Virus record (IMG/VR): IMGVR_UViG_2541047086_000003
Span: 62,001-126,000 of that record
Origin: an uncultured virus (IMG/VR IMGVR_UViG_2541047086_000003)
Taxonomy: Duplodnaviria; Heunggongvirae; Uroviricota; Caudoviricetes
DNA: 64,000 nt
Strand: one strand, 5' to 3'
In this document: positions 19,181-28,466 of the stretch, one piece after another
Numbering within the stretch: position 1 is the first letter of the stretch
Layout of the letters: each line of letters begins with the position of its first letter
Notes under the pieces: model-generated
Told to the model about the DNA's origin: nothing
The model's database searches: none
What the model saw: the letters and a program-made list of their open reading frames with translations, nothing else
Made by a program: the position numbers and the translations under genes

Positions 19181-20136
19181 TATGTACACCTCCTTTCCTA
19201 TAACTCTATTATAGCACACTTTCCCTACAAAGTCATTTTATTTTTACTCTAAATATGGATTTTTTAAATTATTTTGGACTATTATTTATGGGTGTTTATA
19301 GACTATATAAGGCGTGTATGTGGATTGGATACCAATGATATTATAATCAATTTAAAATTGATTCTAGGTGTATTAGAATGCTTCTGATGATGTTATGGTT
19401 AGTGTGTTATGGGATGGGTATATGATGATGTGTGGTGAAGGAATTGGATGGAGATGATTAGGCAAGATGAGGATATGTAATGGTGGATGTAACGAGATGA
19501 AGGAATATGATTAGAGTGAATATAAAATAGGTGTGTGGATTAGATGAAAAATTATATAGGATAGATAACACTTCGATTCATTCCCTTTCGTTACACACAC
19601 GATTTATTTTAATGAATGGGTATTCACTTTTAAATTGAATGCTTAATTATTTTTTCAAAAATAAATATTGTTTTTCATTTGGAATTGTGTTAGTTGTGCA
19701 AATTTATCAGCCAAATCATAAAAACCCTACATAACGTATCTTATATAGGGAATTAAATACCAATATATAGGGGGTATATTAACATCTAAAGGCCAAAAAA
19801 CAGGAACAAATGTACCCCTAGCACTTCCATTTCCTCACCCAACTTATTTTTTCACTTTCCCATTTTTCAGCCTGTTTTCGCATCGTAATCTCAATCGTAA
19901 AAGCCTATAATATTAATGTTTTTTCACCCCTCATTCTCCCCTTTTTCATCAGATTTTTAACTCAACAACCACTTTTCCTCTCTCCTGTCTACGTTTTACG
20001 ATCACAAAACACCTATTATCCCCTTTGACAGCTCTAAAACAATGCTATATCAACTAAATAACCCTTTCCGACCTTCATTTACGATAAGCACTTTTTCAGC
20101 TCACGATCACCGAGGGGGGTCATAAAAAATCAAAAT

Positions 20137-20161
20137 AAAAAAGCCGCCATAATAGGCAGCC
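20137..20161 (-). terminator. Rho-independent terminator after tubZ
   Basis: Minus strand AGCTGCC-loop-GGCGGCT followed by a T-run. Confidence 0.7.
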
Positions 20162-20172
20162 TCCCTTTAAAA

Positions 20173-21285
20173 TTAACGCTTTAGTTTCTTCAGTGCCTCC
20201 ATATACGAGGTCTTTTTCGATTCTCCGTTCTCTGGTTTCCTCGGTTTGAATAAATCTTCTCTACGTCGATTCTTAGCTTTATAAACAGTTGTTTCTTTAA
20301 TCTCAGTGTTCCCATTTTCAATTAAATCATCTAACTGCTTCATCCGCTCATTGATCCAGGTTAATCCACTAAGAATCGTTATCGCCCTATTCCCCTTATC
20401 ATAATGTCCTTTAAATAAGTCTAAGGGCATCTTGTTATCAAAGACATTAAACAGCTCATTATACGAAATATGCTCTGTTAAGAATTCATGAACATCCAGA
20501 ATAACTCCAGCTCTCATTACATTTGTAAACTCAACTGGAGTGAATATCGAATTGTTCCATGATTTTTGTATATCTTCATGCAGCTTATCAAAATACTTGC
20601 CCTCATTTGTAAATTCGGTGAGGTCTGTTTGAGCAATAGTCATGATTCCTGGGGTATCAAAAAGCTGATTTAAATCCTTCCTGTCTAAAGTGCTGATTTT
20701 TGACCCTCTTTCTGTGTAATTGAGTAAGACTTCAATTAAATCAAGGAACATCTTGTTTGTTTCCTTGTAAAGCCCGCTCTCTGAAATCTTTCCATCATAT
20801 TTACTCAAAACCATTTGATTATCCAAAGGTAAAACACATGTATCTGGCATAGATAAGTCATCAAGTAGCTCCAGTGAATTCATCTGGTTAACCAATACTT
20901 CATTGTTGTCAGGAAGGATTGGTACAGCAACTATTGTTTTATGGGTAAGACATTCGTTTAACAATTCTAATAATATAGGAGCTACCCCTGAACCGGTTCC
21001 ACCAGCTGCAGAGAAAACAACAAAAATAACTTGTACTGAAGGTTTTTCCATTGTGTTCTTTATAAACTCAATAGAGGACTCCCAGTTATTTTTCATATGT
21101 TTCGCTGCTACGCTTCTGTCTTTACCTACTCCTTCGGTTCCGACCAGATGAAGCTTATCTTGAATATTGATCAATGAATTAAGGTCTGAAAGTGAATAAT
21201 TTATTGCGACAGAATGAAATCCTCTCTTCATCGCTTCATCTGCTACACTTCCACCGGCCTGACCAATTCCAATAAAGCCAAACAT
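20173..21285 (-). CDS. Tubulin/FtsZ-family GTPase (TubZ-like)
   Basis: GIGQAGG, tubulin signature AAGGTGSG, LDN, T7-loop-like TLDRKD, basic C-terminal tail. Confidence 0.88.
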   Translation of the reverse strand: MFGFIGIGQAGGSVADEAMKRGFHSVAINYSLSDLNSLINIQDKLHLVGTEGVGKDRSVAAKHMKNNWESSIEFIKNTMEKPSVQVIFVVFSAAGGTGSGVAPILLELLNECLTHKTIVAVPILPDNNEVLVNQMNSLELLDDLSMPDTCVLPLDNQMVLSKYDGKISESGLYKETNKMFLDLIEVLLNYTERGSKISTLDRKDLNQLFDTPGIMTIAQTDLTEFTNEGKYFDKLHEDIQKSWNNSIFTPVEFTNVMRAGVILDVHEFLTEHISYNELFNVFDNKMPLDLFKGHYDKGNRAITILSGLTWINERMKQLDDLIENGNTEIKETTVYKAKNRRREDLFKPRKPENGESKKTSYMEALKKLKR

Positions 21286-21569
21286 TAAACCCTCTCCCCT
21301 TCTAATTGATATCTCAAAGCTTCTTGTCCATATTGAGTAATTAAAACTGTATGCTCTTTACTGTTTTTAACTATATTAATAAACTGCAAGGCCTCTAAAC
21401 GATCTATGCTCTTTCTAAAGGTAGCATCAGTTAACTGAGTTTTAGCTTGAATGGTTTTCTTCCTAATTGATTTAAACTTTAAATCAGCCCCTTCATCGCT
21501 CAATAAGCCTAGAATATACAAATCATTTCGAGTTAAGTTGTCAATTACTGAATCAAAATAAGTATCCAT
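21285..21569 (-). CDS. Winged-HTH DNA-binding protein (TubR-like adaptor)
   Basis: ATG 21569 after AAGGAGGGG; 94 aa; LTDATFRKSIDRLEALQFI...ITQYG; stop overlaps the tubZ start. Confidence 0.7.
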   Translation of the reverse strand: MDTYFDSVIDNLTRNDLYILGLLSDEGADLKFKSIRKKTIQAKTQLTDATFRKSIDRLEALQFINIVKNSKEHTVLITQYGQEALRYQLEGERV

Positions 21570-21747
21570 GTGACCCCTCCTTAATATCTTGTGATCTTGA
21601 AGTATCTTGGTTGATCTACGATTATTATATTGTTTATTTGTATTTAAATGCAAATATTTTTGTATCTTAATGCAAATAATCACACTCTGCTTGTATGTAA
21701 ACCAGTCATTTTATAAAATTTATTCAAACAGCAAAAGGATGATTTAA

Positions 21748-21984
21748 ATGGAATATAGGGTTAAAAGTAAGTTGGATTCATTTCTAAGCAGCAAAGGTAT
21801 CGAAAAAGGCTGGTTAGCAGAGCAAATAAAAGCTGAAAGAGCAAGTATATCTAGATGGTGTAAAAATGACAGCGAGGGATTTGCAACCGTCCTCCCTAGT
21901 ACATACAATCTTTTATTAATGGCACATATTCTAAATTGTAAAGTTGACGATCTTTTTGAATTAATCGAAATTAAATCCAATTAA
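21748..21984 (+). CDS. XRE-family HTH regulator
   Basis: KGWLAEQIKAERASISRWC...LNCKVDDLFE. Confidence 0.8.
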   Translation: MEYRVKSKLDSFLSSKGIEKGWLAEQIKAERASISRWCKNDSEGFATVLPSTYNLLLMAHILNCKVDDLFELIEIKSN

Positions 21985-21999
21985 CTTTGGATTTTTATG

Positions 22000-22028
22000 T
22001 TTACAAGAGTAAAAATAAAATATATAAT
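22000..22028 (+). promoter_or_regulatory. Sigma-A promoter of the yonP-yonO operon with an operator box in the spacer
   Basis: TTTACA-17bp-TATAAT; spacer contains AGAGTAAAAATAAAA (22006-22020). Confidence 0.8.
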
Positions 22029-22103
22029 AAAGACACAACCACATGAAGTGGTCTTTATTTTAAACATTTTAAGAGTAAAAATAAAATAGTATGGAGGTGT
22101 AAG

Positions 22104-22283
22104 ATGAAAAAGCAGTATTTATTTAGTCATTTAATGGGGTTTATTGAGGGAAAAGTAGTCGATGGGACAGCAACACCCGAAGAAGAATACCTTTATCAGG
22201 ATTACAAATGGTACGGAAAGATTAATAAGCAAAGCTTTACATATCGAAGTTTAGTAAATCAATATCTTAATAGCGATTATTAA
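22104..22283 (+). CDS. yonP: YonP-like small protein (59 aa)
   Basis: MKKQYLFSHLMGFIEGKVVDGTATPEEEYLY...; RBS GGAGGTG; directly upstream of yonO. Confidence 0.6.
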   Translation: MKKQYLFSHLMGFIEGKVVDGTATPEEEYLYQDYKWYGKINKQSFTYRSLVNQYLNSDY

Positions 22284-22323
22284 GTGCTTTCAGAGTAAAA
22301 ATAAAATAAGTGGAGGGGATTGA

Positions 22324-24198
22324 TTGAAAAGAAAAAAAGACGGATTGTCTAAGCAAGTTCACATATACAGCGTGGACACATCAGCATTTTATAATGACAA
22401 AGAAAATTCATTACATAATAAGATTTTGAAGTCTTATAGATACAGAGATTATCTTAAGACATTAGACAATGTAAATAATAAACATAAGAAATACATATCA
22501 CAAAGAATTACATACCTTAAAGAATGCCTCTATTCCGCATTCGAAGAACATAATAACATAAGAACACTTCGAACTGACAGCTTAAGGGATAATAAAGTGA
22601 TTTCTTTATTTGATTCAGTGTTGACCCGAACGTTAGGGATTAAAGAAAACAGCCTTTCAGAGGAAATCATGGTTGTCCAGACTTATCATTTTGAAGTATT
22701 GAAGGACATTATAGATCAAGGATTCTTACATAACAATGAAAAATACGTTTATTTCACGAGCAGCGCCGGTCAAATTCGTACAAAGAAGTCATGTTTCATT
22801 AAAAAAAGCACCTACGATAAGTATCAGGATGCTTTGACATGCGGCTTAAGTATTGAAAAGATAAACTCCCTTGGTGGTAGTAGCATTAATAAATGGAATA
22901 GTTATATGGCCTTATCTAACAGCGCCAGTAGCCCTTGGGAGATTGATATTGATAAAGCCATTGTAGTCAACGACTTAGAAACTGATGTGTCGAGTCTCGT
23001 TGACTACATTGATCGAGACACCTACAAGATCACACGAAAAACAATGAACATTCCCATTGAGCATACAGATGGCTGCGGAATGATACTTCCCACTCTTAGT
23101 CGTAAAAGCTTCATGGTAAGGCTCCCGTGGGTAAAGGGTTTATTAGTCCCTTTTGATTTTCGTAAATTTGCTGAGGAAAACAAAGCTTTTAAAGTAAATG
23201 ATATATACGGCAAGGAATGGGACGTAGTGAAAGATGATGTTCAAATTATCTTCACTAAAAGCCAGTTTAAAATGTGGAAGTATTATTCATCGTGGGAAGA
23301 ATATCAAGGCAATTATAAAAAATATGGATGCTTAGGGGCAAAACTCAACGAAGAAGACCCTTCTATTGAAGGTAAACTCACTTATCAAATGCTCCAGACA
23401 CTTACAGATATCTCAGATGAAGAATTAATTCAAATGAGCTCAAAGACTGTAAAAGAGATTACCACATTGGGAACTGACAAGGAAACCATGTTAAGAGTTC
23501 TTGGAGCTACGGAGAAAAAGAAACATCGGACAGCTCTTCAGGACGCTTTACTTCTATATCCAGAACTTCTTAACGATGATCACACGAAAGAAATTATTAA
23601 AAATAAAAAGAAAAGCATGATTAAAGATGCCAAATCAGGAAAATTGCTTGTTGATGGTGCTCGTTATACATACTTATGCCCTGATCTGTATGCTTTTTGC
23701 GAAAAATTATTTCTGAACATCCAGAATCCAAAAGGGCTTCTCTCAGGAAGTGATGTTCATTGTTCTTTATATGGTGAAGGGTATATTGATATCCTCCGCT
23801 CCCCTCACTTATACAGAGAGCATGGTGTTAGGTGGAACAAAAAAGCTGAGGAATATGAAAAGTGGTTCATTACTCCAGGTGTTTACACCAGTATTCATGA
23901 TCCCATATCTAAACTGCTGCAATTCGACAATGACGGGGATAAGGCTTTAATTATCTCTGATGAGTTAATCGTCAATATTGCCAAGCGTAATATGGAGAAC
24001 ATCGCTCCGTTGTATTATGAAATGTCTGTAGCCCAGAAACAAGAGATTAATAGCAGGAACATATATGAAGCACTTACTCTTGCTTATGGGATCAATATCG
24101 GGGAATACAGCAACAACATCACTAAGATATGGAACAGTGACAATATAAATCTGGACGTAATCAAATGGTTATGCATGGAAAATAACTTTACTATCGAT
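22324..24198 (+). CDS. yonO: YonO single-subunit DNA-dependent RNA polymerase, exon 1
   Basis: TDGCG, RSPH and catalytic DNDGD (23926-23940); frame stops right after NNFTID at the intron. Confidence 0.92.
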
Positions 24199-25489
24199 TA
24201 AATTTATAGTCGCGTCGCATAGCGATATGCGGATGAAAAGTCAGTGAACCTAGAAATCTAGGGTGTACATTCAGCGAAAAGTAGCGATAGGAAATGATCG
24301 TCAATGAGTGTGCTAACAGGGGAATTCTAATTAATACATTTTACATTTTTGAACAATGATATTTAAAACAAGGGGGTGACAAAGTGAAGTTTATAAATGA
24401 GGATGAGCATAAATATTTGAGCGGGATATATAAGATTGAGCAGATAAGCACCGGCTTAATATATGTGGGGAAAACTAAGATGAAATTTATTAAGCGTTAC
24501 TGGCATCACACTTGGAAGCTGAAAAACAATTCGCACTGTAATCGACATTTGCAGAATACCTGGAATAAATATGGAGAAAACGATTTCCAATTTCATGTAT
24601 TGCAAACAGTTGATCCAAACTCAGATATGAACGAATTAGAAACTCACTACATAAACGAACTAGGTGCCTATTTAAATGGCTTTAACATGACCACCGGCGG
24701 AGAGGGCAAGAGTAATTGTAAGATGTCTGACTCCACCAAAAGAATTATTGGGGAAAAGAATAGGATTAATAACACCGGAAGAAAGCTTAGTGATGAGACT
24801 AAAGCCAAAATGAGTAAAGCGAGAATTGGCAGAAAGCTCTCTCCGCAGCATAAGGAAAAGCTTTTACAATCTAGAATGAATAAAAGGCATTCGCCAGAAT
24901 CTAGATTAAAGATGCGTCAGTCTCATTTAGGGTCAAAAAATAAATCCTCAAAAATAAATGAAACGAAAGCATACGAGATAAAAGTTCGATTGATTAATGG
25001 AGAAAAGATGTTCGAAGTATCAAAGTCAATGTGTGTTTCCTACCCCATCGTTAAATCAATATTAGAGTGTAAAGTATGGAATCATATTCATGTTACTGGG
25101 TGGGACGACTTTATTCTTAAATACAAAAGCAAGAAGAAAAGCACTCTTACTTCAAAAGAAGTATTTTGCATAAGAGAACTTCTTAAAAAAGGGTTATCAG
25201 CACCCCATGTTGCAAAAATGTGTAACATAAAACCCAATGTTGTCTATGGAATTAAACAAGGAAGAACCTATAAAAATGTAAAATGAATGTAGAATGTATT
25301 ATATGAAAACCCTGTGCCAAGCGTTTACATCATGCTGGGAAGCACTTGTAAATGAAGGTGCAACGACCATCCTTTATGGAGTAATAATAAGGTGAAATTC
25401 CTTATTATGAAGCGCTGACCATCTGTCTAGCACAGATGATGATATGGTCTATTCCCTAATAAAATATCGGGAAACCGAGGGTATCAAAG
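24199..25489 (+). mobile_element. Group I intron (1291 nt) in yonO carrying a homing endonuclease ORF
   Basis: Exon ends in U24198 paired to G24209 (P1 CGAU/GUCG); P3 GUCAGUG/CGCUGAC; P4 ACAGGG/CCCUGU; P7 GACCA/UGGUC; terminal G25489; splicing restores [11 protein letters not shown]. Confidence 0.92.
24384..25286 (+). CDS. Intron-encoded GIY-YIG homing endonuclease with NUMOD3-like repeats
   Basis: SGIYKI...IYVGKT, GFNMTTGG, repeats GRKLSDETKAKMS/GRKLSPQHKEKL; GTG start after AAGGGGGTG. Confidence 0.9.
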   Translation: MKFINEDEHKYLSGIYKIEQISTGLIYVGKTKMKFIKRYWHHTWKLKNNSHCNRHLQNTWNKYGENDFQFHVLQTVDPNSDMNELETHYINELGAYLNGFNMTTGGEGKSNCKMSDSTKRIIGEKNRINNTGRKLSDETKAKMSKARIGRKLSPQHKEKLLQSRMNKRHSPESRLKMRQSHLGSKNKSSKINETKAYEIKVRLINGEKMFEVSKSMCVSYPIVKSILECKVWNHIHVTGWDDFILKYKSKKKSTLTSKEVFCIRELLKKGLSAPHVAKMCNIKPNVVYGIKQGRTYKNVK

Positions 25490-26131
25490 TTCGCAAAAAC
25501 CTTATTCATGCCCACCCGTCCTGATCATGTTGATGAAAAAATTAAAGATTACATAAAAAATAAAGTGCCCCACTTCTTTATCAATGCGAAGGATAAAGAA
25601 GAACATAGCGTTGAAAAACTGAATTTGAGTACAGTTAACAGGTTAGAAAAAGTTATTCCTTCTGAAAGAATTAATTTTAAATCTGTAGCAGGTTGCTTTG
25701 ATTACCGTACATTATTGAATAATAAGAATGCTAGATTAGATCAAGCAATAATTAAAGAATATACCAGGCTAGATCGCAACAAAAAGTGGTTAATGAACAG
25801 TGATGAAGGAGTTAAACAGGGGCAAAAGCTTTATGTCTATAAGATCATTAAAGATCGTTTAATGGAAATACACTGCAATGAGAAATACATAGTTGATGTT
25901 TTAGTCAAACACCTTTATATGAAGAAAAGCAAGTTTAAAACAACATTATGGGAATGCTTTGGTGAAACAATTTTATCTAATATTAGAAGGAATGTTTACA
26001 ACGAAATTGTATGCATCGAGTGTAGAAAGATAGTTAAAAATCCTAAGCAAAGACAAATAAGGTGTGAAACGTGCCAAAAAAAACATAAACAGTACTTGGA
26101 TAGACTGAGAAAAAAGAGAAATTCCGCTTGA
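25490..26131 (+). CDS. yonO: YonO RNA polymerase, exon 2 (spliced product 838 aa)
   Basis: TTC GCA AAA ACC TTA TTC ATG continues the exon 1 frame; C-terminal CIEC...CETC zinc ribbon. Confidence 0.9.
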   Translation, partial: FAKTLFMPTRPDHVDEKIKDYIKNKVPHFFINAKDKEEHSVEKLNLSTVNRLEKVIPSERINFKSVAGCFDYRTLLNNKNARLDQAIIKEYTRLDRNKKWLMNSDEGVKQGQKLYVYKIIKDRLMEIHCNEKYIVDVLVKHLYMKKSKFKTTLWECFGETILSNIRRNVYNEIVCIECRKIVKNPKQRQIRCETCQKKHKQYLDRLRKKRNSA

Positions 26132-26348
26132 GTTTGCACTCTTATTTATTCCAACGCTCTTGTTTCTCTTGTGCCACAAGCGTTTGGAGCATTAATCTTT
26201 TAAAAAAGATAATCGCCATAAGGGAGAAAGAAAGCTAATTTCCACATATAAGGGTGAGTACGTCTCCCATTTTTCAAAAGAAGCACAAACGTTACCGTAA
26301 TTATACTTTAACACAAAAATAAGCAAAATCACTAGGAGGAATTAAAAC

Positions 26349-26624
26349 ATGAACAAAACAGAATTTGTTGGAGAAGTTGCAGAAAAATTAGGAGTTACTA
26401 AGAAAGAAGCTACGCCTAAAGTAGAAGCAGTATTTAATGTAATCGTTGAAACACTTACAAAAGGTGAATCAATCAAGATTCCTGGAGTTGGAACATTTGA
26501 GGTTCGTGAACGTGCAGCTCGTAAAGGGAGAAATCCAAAATCGGGTGAGGAAATTGATATTCCAGCTACAAAGGCACCTGCATTCAAGGCTGCTAAAGCT
26601 CTAAAAGACGCAGTGAAAGCTTAA
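26349..26624 (+). CDS. yonN: HU-family DNA-binding protein
   Basis: MNKTE...GVGTFEVRERAARKGRNPKSGEEIDIPA. Confidence 0.95.
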   Translation: MNKTEFVGEVAEKLGVTKKEATPKVEAVFNVIVETLTKGESIKIPGVGTFEVRERAARKGRNPKSGEEIDIPATKAPAFKAAKALKDAVKA

Positions 26625-26666
26625 TATATAAAGTGAAGGACTGGTATCTCTCCCCTCTTTAACCTA

Positions 26667-26783
26667 TGAATGTGGTGGCGGAATAGGTAGACGCGGATAA
26701 GCCCGTTACGCAAACAAAGGGAGCAGGGTGTACACCCAAACAACAAAGTTTGTATGCGAGGTGCAAATCCTCGCCCGCATTCA
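26667..26783 (+). ncRNA. tRNA-like RNA with no canonical anticodon arm
   Basis: Acceptor-like stem TGAATGTGG/CCGCATTCA, Leu-type D arm GGCGGAATAGGTAGACGC, T arm GCGAGG-TGCAAAT-CCTCGC; about 60-nt insert replaces the anticodon and variable arms. Confidence 0.65.
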
Positions 26784-26799
26784 TCTCCTGGTTAATTAG

Positions 26800-28235
26800 A
26801 GTTCTTTTATTGATGGCATGGGGGTGTCGTCAATAATAAGCTGTTTACTGATATGTGGGATATCAGTTCTCCGCTAATATTCATTTGTTTGAGGACTTGG
26901 AATGCCAGGATTTCGGATAAGTGGATATTAGCGGGGTATTGCCCCATCGTGGATGAAGCTTTTTCTAAACATGTCTATTCTCTCTTTCATACGAACAAAA
27001 GCATTAAATTCGACTTTACAGCTACAACTGGTCATTGTAGTTAGTCGGATAATGGTCATTTATGAGGGTTCGAGGTTAACTCGAATCTCTGTATCTAAAA
27101 GAGACAGGTAAATGGCTATTATCGGGCTAAATATGCCGATAAGACTTAACGCATTATTGCAAATTGCGACTGAATCCCATCAGGGTCTTATTATGGGAGG
27201 CATATAGCCTGAATATTAATTGCGGTGCACTGCTTCGGCTTGCACTTAGGTAAGGCAGATGCGTCTCCCTTCCCTTTAAATAATGCCCTTGTAAGCTTTG
27301 ATGCTTATTATGCGGTCATCAAAAATTTTTCCGGGTTAGCGAGTCTTCTATGCTCGTAAAATAAGTGAGATGGTTTTTGGGCGATTGATCACCGCTCCCA
27401 TTTCACAGAAAAGGATTATTTTCGGTCTTGCCTTTTCAATTTCACTTCATCTCCTTCAATGTTCTGAATGGAGGCTTATTCCCATGCACATACCTCCTTA
27501 CACGGGTCAGAGAAAACTGTGCAAAATAAATGGCGAGCGTTTGAGACGCTTTGTTTCTCAATAAGGCGTGTAACCCGACAAGAGCATTAAAAATGCCATT
27601 GAGAAGGCTTATTAGGGTCTTTCCTTCTCAAATTATTTTTCCCTTGGCTCTCAGACTCTGCTGAGCAGTTGGCAAGCAACATAAAAACTTGATATATAAG
27701 ATGTTGGCAATAGGAACTTTAAACACGTCCCATAAAGTGTGTATTATTTGTTGTCATAGCTCATCTGCCAGGTGTAGAAGGAGAATCCGGTTTTCGCACA
27801 GCGATTACCGGTTTTTATGCTCATGTACCATGATGTACAAGGAGTTCCTGAAGACGTCATTATGACGTCTTTTGTTATTTTCGGCTTACTTATAGTTTGT
27901 CGACTACAAAGGTTTCAGTCGCTGAACCCGTAATCAGCGTATTCCCTGTCTAACCGAAGGCTTGCGTCCCAACGTGAGCTACTTACGTAGGTGAAACGGG
28001 GTTAGAATGTAATCAGAACAAGGTCATCTAAATCGTTAGAAGGTCTTTTTGTGCTTGCATTTTACTTTACCGATCAGCCGGAATGTGCTTCCGAGCCTTC
28101 CGGTACGCAAGTAATCAATAATCTCCTTCGGGCGTTTCCCCAACGCCTATCCGACTTATCTTTTCATCTCCTTTATATCCCCTTTTCGGACGTTACCGAT
28201 GCTTCGGATCATCGGGCTTCCGAAGGAGCTTATTG
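26800..28235 (+). ncRNA. Structured non-coding RNA cluster between yonN and yonK
   Basis: No credible ORF; more than 15 hairpins with G-U pairs on the plus strand, UUCG-type loops and candidate pseudoknots. Confidence 0.6.
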
Positions 28236-28269
28236 AACGTAAATAAAACACATATTGGAGGAATTTAAT

Positions 28270-28455
28270 TTGGCTAAGAAAGTTCATACAGTAAATTTAA
28301 AAGGTAACTATACTTACATTGATGGGATTATTGAAGAAGAAACAAAAACAGACATCGAGCGTTATGATCTGAATTCAATTTTAAAATCATTTGATGGTCG
28401 GAAAGTGAAAATTTCTATTACCGAAGAAGACGAACTTCCACAAATCAATGAGTAG
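28270..28455 (+). CDS. yonK: YonK family protein
   Basis: TTG start after GGAGG: MAKKVHTVNLKG...DGRKVKISITEEDEL. Confidence 0.8.
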   Translation: MAKKVHTVNLKGNYTYIDGIIEEETKTDIERYDLNSILKSFDGRKVKISITEEDELPQINE

Positions 28456-28466
28456 GCGGTGACTGA

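Larger units (their letters stand above)
12536..22306. repeat. AGAGTAAAAATAAAA box, 7 copies
   Basis: Minus strand at 12536, 16121, 16200, 19236 (two with one mismatch); plus strand at 22006, 22072, 22292. Confidence 0.8.

Noticed and set aside
19803..19816. LexA/DinR SOS box (GAACAAATGTAC)
   Set aside because: Mismatch in the GTTC half-site and no clear associated promoter
21285..21683. 132-aa version of the TubR-like ORF
   Set aside because: The extension covers promoter and repeat DNA; a strong RBS supports ATG 21569
22324..26131. yonO as a pseudogene or two separate genes
   Set aside because: A group I intron explains the break exactly, and the spliced frame is intact
26667..26783. Functional tRNA-Leu
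   Set aside because: No 5-bp anticodon stem with a 7-nt loop and no encoded CCA; kept only as tRNA-like
27945..28006. Hammerhead or twister ribozyme
   Set aside because: No CUGANGA core and the twister pairings could not be built; only superficial motifs match
26853..28236. Short ORFs 26853-27044, 27370-27564 and 28051-28236
   Set aside because: No convincing RBS, atypical composition, and they coincide with RNA stems
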